DNA of 64,000 nucleotides from Myxococcota bacterium (GTDB lineage Bacteria; Myxococcota_A; UBA796; SXON01): NCBI GenBank assembly GCA_040386535.1, contig JAZKFH010000017.1, positions 32,001 to 96,000 of the forward strand, read 5' to 3'. Shown piece by piece: positions 1 to 9,883 of this stretch (position 1 is its first letter; each line of letters starts with the position of its first letter). The notes under the pieces were generated by a model. It saw only the letters and a program-made list of their open reading frames with translations, ran no database searches and was not told where the DNA came from. The position numbers and the translations under genes were made by a program.

Positions 1-657
1 CGCGACCGACGGGGTCACGACGGCGCGCCTGCTCGGGACCGGGTGGGCGATCCAGGCCGCGGCGCCCGACGTCCGGAGCTCGTAGACGACATCGTCGGCC
101 TGCGGGGTCGGGGCGTACGCGTAGAGCCGCACGTCCGAGCGTCCGTCCGCGACCACCCCGAACGGCCAGGTCTCCGTCGGGAGCGCGGGTACGTCGTGTG
201 CCTCCCAGCGCCCCTGCGCGAGCCGCGCCCATCCCACGCGGTCGCCCCGCCCGTCTCGCCGCCACGCCCAGGCGACCACGGGCTGATCGCGCGGGTCCGT
301 CGTGAGCGCGAGCTGGATGGAGCCCCCCTCGTCGGGAGGCGCGAAGCCCAGGTCCGGGAGGGCCTCCCAGTGCTCACCGGCGAGGCGGCGCACGCGGATG
401 ATCGGGGCGCCGTCGTGCTTCTCGACGGTCGCGACCACCACGCGCCCCGCCGCGTCGAGCGCCGCGTCGAACGCCACCCACGGGCCGCCCACCGCCGCGT
501 CCCGCCACGACCAGATCCGCGGCGCACCCCAGGGGTGGAGCTCGCTGCGGCCGAGGGGCGCCCAGCGGTCGAGCGGGGCCGGGACCGTCAGCGCCGGCTG
601 CTGCGCGGCGGAGCATGCGGCGAGCGCGAGGAGGAGGACGGGCCGGGCGGGGGACAT
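1..657 (-). CDS. Putative lipoprotein, 3' end beyond window start (possible beta-propeller repeats)
   Basis: Translated by hand from ATG at 657: MSPARPVLLLALAAC (lipobox), then Trp-rich strand-like segments (AALDAAGRVVVA, LTTDPRDQPVVAW). Frame appears open towards position 1 and is absent from the ORF track, consistent with no stop in the window. Confidence 0.6.
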   Translation of the reverse strand, partial: MSPARPVLLLALAACSAAQQPALTVPAPLDRWAPLGRSELHPWGAPRIWSWRDAAVGGPWVAFDAALDAAGRVVVATVEKHDGAPIIRVRRLAGEHWEALPDLGFAPPDEGGSIQLALTTDPRDQPVVAWAWRRDGRGDRVGWARLAQGRWEAHDVPALPTETWPFGVVADGRSDVRLYAYAPTPQADDVVYELRTSGAAAWIAHPVPSRRAVVTPSVA

Positions 658-778
658 CCGTGCCAGTATCGTCTCCGGAGGGCCGCCGTCCGTTCGGCTC
701 CACCGAACAATCACATTCGGATCATCCAGCTTCTACGCGCCGCGGGGAGGTGTGACAGTGGTGACACTTGGAGAGTCC

Positions 779-1237
779 ATGCGCACCTCACCCGCGTTCC
801 TTGCCATCTGGTTGTCCGCTTGTGTCGCCACCGAAGAGGTAGCCGACACCGGCACCGAGAGCGACACCGCCGCTGACACCGACGACACCGACGTTGATAC
901 GGACGACACGGACACCGAGGAGAGCCCCTCCTACCTCACGGATGTGTACCGTCCCTTCCTCGAGGAGAGCTGCGGCGGCTGTCACGTCGAGGCCGGCTAC
1001 ATCCACCCGCCCATCACGGACGACCCGAGCCATCTCATCGGCACGGCCTCGGTCGATGGCATGGTCTACGTGTCACCGGGCTCGTTGGAGGACAGCTTCC
1101 TCTGGTACAAGATCACCAATCGCCAGGCCGAGGTGTCCGAGGGCGGGACGCGCATGCCGCCGCCGCCGGAGGACGCGCTCTCGGCGCGGGCCGTCGCGGC
1201 GATCGAGGCGTGGATCCTGGGCGGGGCGGCGCCGTGA
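779..1237 (+). CDS. Lipoprotein with Asp/Thr-rich linker and monohaem c-type cytochrome domain
   Basis: MRTSPAFLAIWLSAC lipobox; DTDDTD linker; CGGCH haem motif; distal RMPP Met; IEAWILGGA C-terminus. Confidence 0.75.
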   Translation: MRTSPAFLAIWLSACVATEEVADTGTESDTAADTDDTDVDTDDTDTEESPSYLTDVYRPFLEESCGGCHVEAGYIHPPITDDPSHLIGTASVDGMVYVSPGSLEDSFLWYKITNRQAEVSEGGTRMPPPPEDALSARAVAAIEAWILGGAAP

Positions 1238-1391
1238 CGTCCTCGGGCGGCCCGGCGGCGGACCGCCGTCGGCCCCCTCCGAGCTCGCGCGTTCGCGCTC
1301 GGCTGGCGCCTCCCCCCGCCTGACGGCGGGCGGAATCGCCGAGCCGGGCGGCCGGGCCGCCCGCTCTCCGGGCGCCTGCCGCGGCGCTTCA

Positions 1392-1558
1392 GGATTCCCC
1401 GCGCCAGGGGCGCGGAGGGCAGCCGCCCCCGGCGGCTGGTCCGGGCGGGCGGGCGGGATCTCCCAACTCCTCCCCGATGCCACGCCGACCGACCGACCAA
1501 GCGGCCCCCGGCCGCGCGCCCGGAGCCGACCCGCCCGCGTCCGCGCGGGGGCGCCCCG
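1392..1558 (-). repeat. Structured intergenic repeat family A, copy 1
   Basis: 1392-1531 aligns with 56016-56152 and, inverted, with 17866-17956. Confidence 0.75.
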
Positions 1559-1568
1559 TGGAAGGCCC

Positions 1569-2327
<759 letters not shown>

Positions 2328-2529
2328 GACGCCCCTGGGTGGGGACCACTGTGTCGTTGTTGTCGCGGCCATGCAAACGCCACGGCCGCGCCACGACTGG
2401 ACGGGCGCGCGCTCCATGCTCCCACGATGCAGTGATTCACGGCGTCTTCGGCACGGACACGACGCGACGCGGCCCTCCCCGCCGAGATGATCTGTTACGA
2501 GATGACCCAGGGTGACACCGGCACGGCCA

Positions 2530-2717
2530 CTACCGCACCACCACCACCAACACCGCCCACGCCACGGCTGCCACCGCGAACCCGGCGTGCAGCGCGCTGT
2601 CGAGCACGCGCGCCCGGCGCTTGGCCACCTCCACGCCGAGGCGCGCGCGGATCCGCGCGGCGGTGTCGGCCTCCAACGGGACGGGGCGCAGGGCCTCCGT
2701 GATCCAACGGTCGTCGT

Positions 2718-2721
<4 letters not shown>
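2530..2721 (-). CDS. Small membrane protein, putative anti-sigma factor
   Basis: ATGA overlap with the ECF sigma stop; 63 aa with a C-terminal hydrophobic helix (AGFAVAAVAWAVLVVVVR). Confidence 0.55.
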
Positions 2722-3281
<560 letters not shown>

Positions 3282-3409
3282 GCACCCGGTCAACGCGGGA
3301 GCCGCCCGCGCGTGACGCTTAGGGTCGCACAATTTTCATCCCCGAACTTTCGGCGCGCCGTTGCGTCACGCGGGCCCGGCCGCCGCGTTGACACGGGTGG
3401 AGGTGTTGG

Positions 3410-3760
3410 ATGCAGTTCTTCGAGATGGGCGGCTTCCCGATGTTCGTGATCCTGGTGTTCGGCCTGCTCGGGGCTGCCAACGCCGCGCGCTACGCCTGGG
3501 CGCCCGGCCCGGGGCGGCTCCCGTACCTCGGCGCGCTCGCCGGGGTCATCGCCGTCGCGGGCGGCACCGGCTTCGCGGTCGACCTGATGACCGTCTGCAC
3601 CAAGGTGCCCGCCAACCCCGAGTGGGCCCAGAGCCCCGACGTTGGGCTGATCCTCGTACAGGGATTCGGCGAGTCCCTGGCGCCGGTGGTGTTCGCCGGC
3701 GGCTTCCTGCTCGCGCACGGGCTGCTCGTGGCGCTGGGGTTGCGGCGCGCGGAGGGGTGA
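3410..3760 (+). CDS. Short MotA/TolQ/ExbB proton-channel-like membrane protein
   Basis: FFEMGGFPMFVIL start, three hydrophobic segments, GFGESL motif; divergent from the ECF sigma. Confidence 0.6.
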   Translation: MQFFEMGGFPMFVILVFGLLGAANAARYAWAPGPGRLPYLGALAGVIAVAGGTGFAVDLMTVCTKVPANPEWAQSPDVGLILVQGFGESLAPVVFAGGFLLAHGLLVALGLRRAEG

Positions 3761-3782
3761 GCGGCCCAGTGCAGCTCGACCA

Positions 3783-4687
3783 TCAGTACCCCCGCCCCGC
3801 CTCGTATTGGTTCTCCAACGCCCGCCCCTCGAGCCAACGTGCCACGTTCGCGGCGAGCAACGGCGCGAAGCGCTCGTAGTAGCGCGGGGTCACGCCGGAC
3901 ACGTGGGGGGTGACGATGACGTTGTCCAACTGCCACAACGCGTCGGTCGGCGGCAGCGGCTCCGGGTCGAACACGTCCAGGCCGGCGCCCGCGATGGCGC
4001 CGAGGCGGAGCGCCTCGACGAGGGCGGCATGGGCCACGAGCCCGCCACGGCCGACGTTGTAGAGGTACGCCGAGGGCTTCATGCGCGCGAGTCTCGCCGC
4101 GTCGAAGAGGTGGTGGGTCGCAGGCGTGAGCGGGAGCGCGAGGCACACGTGGTCGGCGCGCCCAAGCGCCTCGTCGAGCGTGTCGAGCGTGACGACGCGA
4201 TCCGCCCCGGGAGGCGGATCCCCGGCGGTCCGCCGCACCCCGACGACCTCCATCTCGAAGGCCTTGGCGCGGCGTGCCAGGGCCTTCCCGATCTGCCCGA
4301 GCCCGACGATCAGCAGCGAAGCCCCGGCGAGCTCGGCGAACACGGCGTCGTCGCGGTCGTGCACGCCGCGTCGGGCCCGTGCACGCCGCTCGCGCTGGTG
4401 ACGGCGATGCCCTGCGCGAGCACGGTTGGCGTCGCGACGTCTTCGAGGCCCGCGGCGACCGACGCGAGCCAGCGCAGCGCGGGCGCCGCCTCCACCTCCG
4501 CGTCACTCAACCGCGGCGCGACCACGATCTGGGCGGCGGCGAGACGCGCGGGGGCATCGGGATCGTCCGCGAAAGAGAGGGCGAGCCGATCGGCGAAGGG
4601 CTGGAGCGCGTTCGCGATGACGATGCCCGCGCGGGAGGTCCGCGCGAAGGTGAGGTGCAGCGGGACGACGGAAGGGGGTGCGCGCAT
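3783..4687 (-). pseudogene. D-2-hydroxyacid dehydrogenase, split by an internal deletion and frameshift near 4358-4389
   Basis: The N-half (LRWLASVAAGLE...VTSASGVHGP) and C-half (GLGQIG, NVGRG, LDVF..EPLP, TPHVSG) are in different frames, and the connecting helix appears to be missing. Confidence 0.75.
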
Positions 4688-4741
4688 CCGCCCCAGTAGC
4701 GCCGACCCCACCCCGACGAGTAGAATCCGCGCGGGGGGAAG

Positions 4742-6571
4742 ATGGAACCTGACACTTCGAAGGGTCGCGACGAGACCGGCGGCTCCGCGCTCGACCTGCT
4801 CGCGCGGGTGTTGCAGGTGCTCCAGCGGCACGAGCCCGCCCTCCGCGGCTGGACCTTCACGCCGGTGGCCGACGGGCAGCTCGTGTCCCTCGCGTTCGAC
4901 GACGGCGCCCTGACGATGCACGTGGCGCCGCCACGCGGAGGCGCCTGCTACGCCCGGACGCCGAGCTTGCAGCTGAGCATCCGCTCCGAAGGCATCCCGG
5001 CAGCCCACGAGCGGCTCCTGACCACGCTCGTCGCGCTCCTGAACCGGCGCGACTCCGGCGGGCTGCACGTCCCCACCGCGCCTGGCGTCGTCCCCGCGGG
5101 CCCGTTGGTCGAGCTCCCCCCGCCGCCCGACGCGGGGCGCGCGGCCCTCACCCGGGCGCGCCTGAAGGACGAGCTCCACTTCGCCAGCTTCGTGGCGTGG
5201 AAGGCGGTCACCACCGAGGACCTGTACCCGCACGTCGGCCCGCTGGGCGAGATCATCCCGACCGAGGACATCCTGGCGGGCTGGGCGCGAACCCTCGCGC
5301 GGATCCGCGCGGGCTCGGCGCCGCCGCAGCTCGGGCTCTACGTGCACGTGCCGTTCTGCACGGTGGCGTGCACGTTCTGTTTCTGCGGGAAGACCGACAA
5401 GTTCGATCGCGGGGGGTTCGACGCGTACGTCGAGCGGTTGTGCGAGGAGGCCGCGCTCTTCGGGCCCACGTTCGCGGGCGCGCGCTTCACGAGCGTGTAC
5501 TTCGGGGGCGGGACGCCCAGCCTGTTGTCACCGCCGGCGATGCGCAAGGTGTTCGACGCGTTGTGGCGCTGGTTCGACGTGCCGGCCGGCACACAGGTCA
5601 TCTACGAGGGCAACCCCGACAGCCTCTCCGACCGCAAGATCGAGGAGCTCGCGACGACCGGCCGCGTGACCCGCCTGACGATCGGCGTGCAGACCCTCGA
5701 CGACGCCGTGCAGGCGCGGGTCAAGCGCTTCAACAAGCCGCACCAGGTGCGCGACGCCGTCGCGAGCGCGCGCCGCTGGGGCATCGAGCACGTCAACCTC
5801 GACCTGATGGCGGGCCTGCCGGACCAGACCCTCGCGTCGTTCCTGGCCGACCTCGAGTTCCTCGTCTCGCTCGAGCCCGACACCATCCACGTCAACGCGT
5901 ACCGGCCGCTGCCGCGCGTCGGGCTGGCCACCCAGGGCGACGACTTCACCCCGGAGCGCATCGCCCTGCGCGACGAGATGGTGCGCCGCGCCACGGACGT
6001 GCTCGAGCGCGCCGGGCACTCGTTCATCGCCGGCGGCAAGCGGCGCCGGACCGCCAACGCGGCAAACGTCCAGGAGTTCGACCTCCGCCGCCAGAACTCC
6101 AGCCTGCTCGGGCTCGGCTTCCCGGCGCGGGCGCACGCGTTCGGCGGCTTCTACTACGCCCCCGACCGGCGAGAGGGCCTCGACGGCGCGCTCAAACGCG
6201 AGCGCGAACACGGACGGCGCTGGTGGGGCGTCCCCGCGGACGACGCGGAGGAGCGCCACAAGTACCTCGTGAGCAACCTGCGCGCGGGGTGGGACCGCGC
6301 CGAGTTCCAGCGGCTCTTCGGGATGGACTGCCTGGAGGCGGCGCCCGAGGCGCTCCAGAAGCTCCAGGACCTCGACGTGCTCTCGGTCGGCCCCGACCGC
6401 GTGACGAGCCGCACCGGCAAACACTCCGACAACACGATGTACGCGGTGCTGCTCTACAGCCCGGCGTTCATGGCGCGGGTCCGTGCGGGGTGGGGGGCGG
6501 AGTACGACCCGGGGATCGACTACGGGGCCCGCTTGCGAACGTTGGTGGAGGACCCGGGTAATCCGCTGTAA
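4742..6571 (+). CDS. HemN/HemW-like radical SAM protein with ~190 aa N-terminal extension
   Basis: LYVHVPFCTVACTFC (CxxxCxxC), YFGGGTPS, GVQT, NLDLMAGLPDQT. Confidence 0.9.
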   Translation: MEPDTSKGRDETGGSALDLLARVLQVLQRHEPALRGWTFTPVADGQLVSLAFDDGALTMHVAPPRGGACYARTPSLQLSIRSEGIPAAHERLLTTLVALLNRRDSGGLHVPTAPGVVPAGPLVELPPPPDAGRAALTRARLKDELHFASFVAWKAVTTEDLYPHVGPLGEIIPTEDILAGWARTLARIRAGSAPPQLGLYVHVPFCTVACTFCFCGKTDKFDRGGFDAYVERLCEEAALFGPTFAGARFTSVYFGGGTPSLLSPPAMRKVFDALWRWFDVPAGTQVIYEGNPDSLSDRKIEELATTGRVTRLTIGVQTLDDAVQARVKRFNKPHQVRDAVASARRWGIEHVNLDLMAGLPDQTLASFLADLEFLVSLEPDTIHVNAYRPLPRVGLATQGDDFTPERIALRDEMVRRATDVLERAGHSFIAGGKRRRTANAANVQEFDLRRQNSSLLGLGFPARAHAFGGFYYAPDRREGLDGALKREREHGRRWWGVPADDAEERHKYLVSNLRAGWDRAEFQRLFGMDCLEAAPEALQKLQDLDVLSVGPDRVTSRTGKHSDNTMYAVLLYSPAFMARVRAGWGAEYDPGIDYGARLRTLVEDPGNPL

Positions 6572-6633
6572 CGTCGTGTTGCCGATTGCCCTCCGTGCCA
6601 TTGTTACAGGCGCTCGCTCAACCCGGGCCCTTC

Positions 6634-8304
6634 ATGTCTCTGGCAACCCTCGACCTCACCTTCGTCAACGACACCGGCAGCACGTTCACGCTGAGCTCCT
6701 CCAGCGGCTGCAACCCGGGCGGCGCGCTCCCCACGCTCGCCGCCCACTCGACCAGCGTGACGACGCGGTGGACCGGCACCACCCAGGTGAAGGGCAGCGT
6801 CGTGTACGCCGCCGGCGGCCAGACGTGGGCGTTCGACTTCTACGTGCCTAGCGTGCTCCAGCCCGGTGACGACGACACGTACGGTTTCAGCTCGTCGAAC
6901 GGCACCTACGTCGCCGTGATCTCCGGAAATCCACGCAGCGGCACCAGCGCCGCGATCACGGTGCTGGTCCAGACCGCGGCACAGGCGGTGGTGACGCTCG
7001 CCGCGGACCTGTCGAACGCCCACGCGTTCGTGCAGAGCATGTTCGCGAGCAACCTGCGCGGCGCGTCGAACATCTTCGACTACGCGAGCCCGACCAACCC
7101 GACCTACCCGGTACAGACCGGGCAGGCGCTTCCCTACTGCGTGGGCTTCGCCAACCAGGCATCGATCGACCAGATCGTGAGCTTCTGGCTCTCCTTGTGG
7201 ACCGGCACCGCCGCGCCCACGGGCCCCGGTTTCGCGCTGTCGACCGACCAGGCGATGATGCGGACGCTCGCCGCCTACATCCAGACGCGCCTGCCCAACT
7301 TGTGGATTCCGAAGCTCCAATTCAAGGGGTGGGCGGGCGCGGCGAACGCTTCCATGCCGGTCTACGTGGTGGCCGGGTACCAACTCTACACGTTGGTGAA
7401 CACGGACGGCTCCTGGAACACCGCCAACGTCTCCGTGCTCCTCTCCTACCTCGTGTACGGCGCCCACATCGTCGCCAACCTCGACCCGCATCTGACCGGC
7501 ACGGCCGCGGTGACCCCCGACCTGTACGATGACGTTTACAGCGCCACTGCGCTCGCCGGGCTCCTCGAGAGCGGCGTGTGGGACTCCCACTACAGCAGCG
7601 TGGGCGGCCAGGACAGCGGGATGTCGTACCCCGCAACGATCACGTGCGACACGGTCCCGAACCCCTCCCCGCTCCTCTGTTCGCTGCTGTTCGGGCCCAC
7701 CGTCCAACCCGTCATGTTCCTGTCTCCGTACGACACCGGCACCGACCGGTGCGTGTTCCTCCAGCTCGAAGGCTGGCGCCAATTCGGCACCGCCAGCTCC
7801 GGGTGGCACAACGCCGACTACGCCGCGTACAACGACACCCGCTGGAACTTCTCCACCTTCGGCACCTGCGCGTTCAGCGAGAAGCGCGGCACCGCGCTGT
7901 TCCTCGCCCCGGCGGGGTGGACCCCGGCCACGCAGTCCGGCACCATCATGCCGCCCTTCGTGGGCGCGCAGACCCAGCAGGGCTGGCTCGCCTGGAACCT
8001 CGTCACGGTGCCGCAGGCCAACCAGAAACAATTCGCGTCGATCACGTGGGTCGCCGGCACGAGCCAGAGCCCGCACTTCCAAGCCGACTTCGTGCCGGTC
8101 AACGCCATCTCCGTCTGGTTGCCGACCGGGGTCACCTGCTCCCTCTGGCACGTGAACGGGGGCGCCGGCAAGGACAACTACCTGGGCGACCTCACCAACG
8201 GCACCATCCTCGCGGCGAACACGCTGCAGAAGGGGAACTACAACTACTACGTCACCTCGACCAACGCGACGTCGTTCCTGGTGCAGTTCACGTACGTGAT
8301 CTAG
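6634..8304 (+). CDS. Multidomain hypothetical protein with an aegerolysin/Cry34-like N-terminal beta domain
   Basis: Long Thr/Ser/Asn-rich ORF; N-terminus FVNDTGSTFTL...KGSVVY...FDFYVP; no signal peptide. The domain call is pattern-based. Confidence 0.7.
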   Translation: MSLATLDLTFVNDTGSTFTLSSSSGCNPGGALPTLAAHSTSVTTRWTGTTQVKGSVVYAAGGQTWAFDFYVPSVLQPGDDDTYGFSSSNGTYVAVISGNPRSGTSAAITVLVQTAAQAVVTLAADLSNAHAFVQSMFASNLRGASNIFDYASPTNPTYPVQTGQALPYCVGFANQASIDQIVSFWLSLWTGTAAPTGPGFALSTDQAMMRTLAAYIQTRLPNLWIPKLQFKGWAGAANASMPVYVVAGYQLYTLVNTDGSWNTANVSVLLSYLVYGAHIVANLDPHLTGTAAVTPDLYDDVYSATALAGLLESGVWDSHYSSVGGQDSGMSYPATITCDTVPNPSPLLCSLLFGPTVQPVMFLSPYDTGTDRCVFLQLEGWRQFGTASSGWHNADYAAYNDTRWNFSTFGTCAFSEKRGTALFLAPAGWTPATQSGTIMPPFVGAQTQQGWLAWNLVTVPQANQKQFASITWVAGTSQSPHFQADFVPVNAISVWLPTGVTCSLWHVNGGAGKDNYLGDLTNGTILAANTLQKGNYNYYVTSTNATSFLVQFTYVI

Positions 8305-8361
8305 GGCGGCGCCGCGCCCCACGCGGGGGCGACTACCTTGGTAGAACGCCAGGAAACGAAC

Positions 8362-8997
8362 ATGTGGCAGAACCGGGAAGCGGCGGGACGCGCGCTCGCG
8401 GACGCGTTGCGGGCCTGGAGGGGCACGCAGCCGGTGGTGCTCGCGATCCCCCGCGGCGCGGTGCCGATGGGCGCCGTCGTCGCGGACGCGCTGGGCGGCG
8501 AGCTCGACGTGCTGCTCGTGCACAAGATCGGGCACCCGATGCAGCCCGAGCTCGCCATCGGCGCGGTGGACGAGCGCGGGCACGTCCTCGGGTCCGAGAC
8601 GGCGGCCGCGCTCGGCGTTTCGCGCGCCGCGCTCGAGGCGCTCGGCCGGGGCGAGATCGCGCGGCTCGTCCAGCGCCGGCGCCTCTACGGCGGTGCGCCC
8701 GCCGATGTCCGCGATCGGGTCGTCATCCTCGTGGACGACGGGATCGCCACGGGAGCCACCATGCTCGCCGCGGTGCACGCGGTCCGCGCGGGCGGTGCCA
8801 AGGAGGTGGTCGTCGCCGCGCCCGTCGCCGCACAGGACGCGTCTACGAAGCTGCGGCACGTCGCGGACGCGGTGGTGATCCTCGAGGCGCCCCGCGAGTT
8901 CATGGCCGTCGGGCAGTTCTATCGCGACTTCCGCCAGGTCGAGGACCAGGAGGTGCGCGCGCTGCTCACGGCGCGGCGGACGGTGCCGGTGGCGTAG
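8362..8997 (+). CDS. Type I phosphoribosyltransferase family protein
   Basis: NREAAGRALA, LAIPRGAVP, KIGHP..PELAIGA, PRPP loop VILVDDGIATGAT, AVGQFY.DFRQV. Confidence 0.9.
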   Translation: MWQNREAAGRALADALRAWRGTQPVVLAIPRGAVPMGAVVADALGGELDVLLVHKIGHPMQPELAIGAVDERGHVLGSETAAALGVSRAALEALGRGEIARLVQRRRLYGGAPADVRDRVVILVDDGIATGATMLAAVHAVRAGGAKEVVVAAPVAAQDASTKLRHVADAVVILEAPREFMAVGQFYRDFRQVEDQEVRALLTARRTVPVA

Positions 8998-9074
8998 GGA
9001 GAACGGCCTATGCCGAATTTACGGATCTCTGAAGGGACGAGCTGGCGTGCCGCGCACATGGCGCGGTGGAGCCG

Positions 9075-9716
9075 TCAGCCGGTCGGCGCTCGTGCCAGCT
9101 GCCCCGACGCGGCCAGCTGCCCCGACGCGGCCAGCTGACCCAACGCGTGGGCCACGGCATCCCCGCCGGCCCCGTCCATCCGGGCCAATGCGAGGCTGTG
9201 GATGGTGAACGAGTACAGATCGGCGCGCGCCGCGTCCCCCCCGGGGAGGCCCAGGCGGCGTGTGCGACGCGCGAACGCGGTCTGGAGGACCCGGCGGGGA
9301 GAGGGCACCTTCAGCGGCCCCGCGTCGACTCCGGTAGGCACCCGGGGCTGGTCACGCCACCCTTCTCCGGACGCGAGCCGGTAGAGGAACGGGTTGTTCT
9401 CGGCGTAGGCGACCCAGGCCGTGCCGACCACCTCCGGAGACGTACGCGCCGCCCCGATGGCCTCTGCGAACGCGGCCTTCTCCAGGTCCGCGAGCACCGA
9501 CGCCGCGACCGCGGAGCGAAGCCCCGCCCGGGAACCGAAGTAGTAGACCAACGCGGTCGCGGTCACGCCGAGCTCGCGGGCGAGGCCACGGAGGGTGAGG
9601 GCGTCGGGCCCGAACAGCGCGACGATCTCCCGGCCACGTCGCAGCGCAGCCTGGTGGAGATTGCCGTGGTGGTAACCGGGCTTGAGGCGGCGAGCCGAGG
9701 TCAGGGGGTCCTTCAT
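9075..9716 (-). CDS. TetR/AcrR family transcriptional regulator
   Basis: YHHGNL...LTLRGLARELGVTATALVYYF helix-turn-helix; C-terminal GQLAAS repeats from an 18-bp tandem at 9094-9137. Confidence 0.9.
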   Translation of the reverse strand: MKDPLTSARRLKPGYHHGNLHQAALRRGREIVALFGPDALTLRGLARELGVTATALVYYFGSRAGLRSAVAASVLADLEKAAFAEAIGAARTSPEVVGTAWVAYAENNPFLYRLASGEGWRDQPRVPTGVDAGPLKVPSPRRVLQTAFARRTRRLGLPGGDAARADLYSFTIHSLALARMDGAGGDAVAHALGQLAASGQLAASGQLARAPTG

Positions 9717-9718
9717 AC

Positions 9719-9745
9719 CACCATCTTAGCATCGCTAAGATGGTG
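9719..9745. promoter_or_regulatory. Probable TetR operator overlapping the -10 box of a leaderless tetR gene
   Basis: Perfect 12-bp inverted repeat CACCATCTTAGC-atc-GCTAAGATGGTG; minus strand reads TAAGAT-N6-ATG. Confidence 0.7.
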
Positions 9746-9883
9746 CGACAAGAACGCGGTGTACCTCCGCGCCGTGCCCTTGGGTGCCGCGTCCCTCCGT
9801 GCGCGCCTTCTGCACGGTGCCGTCCACCCAGCACCCCTCCGCGTGGCGCCTGCCGCGCGCGCGGCGCCCACGGCCCCCGACGG

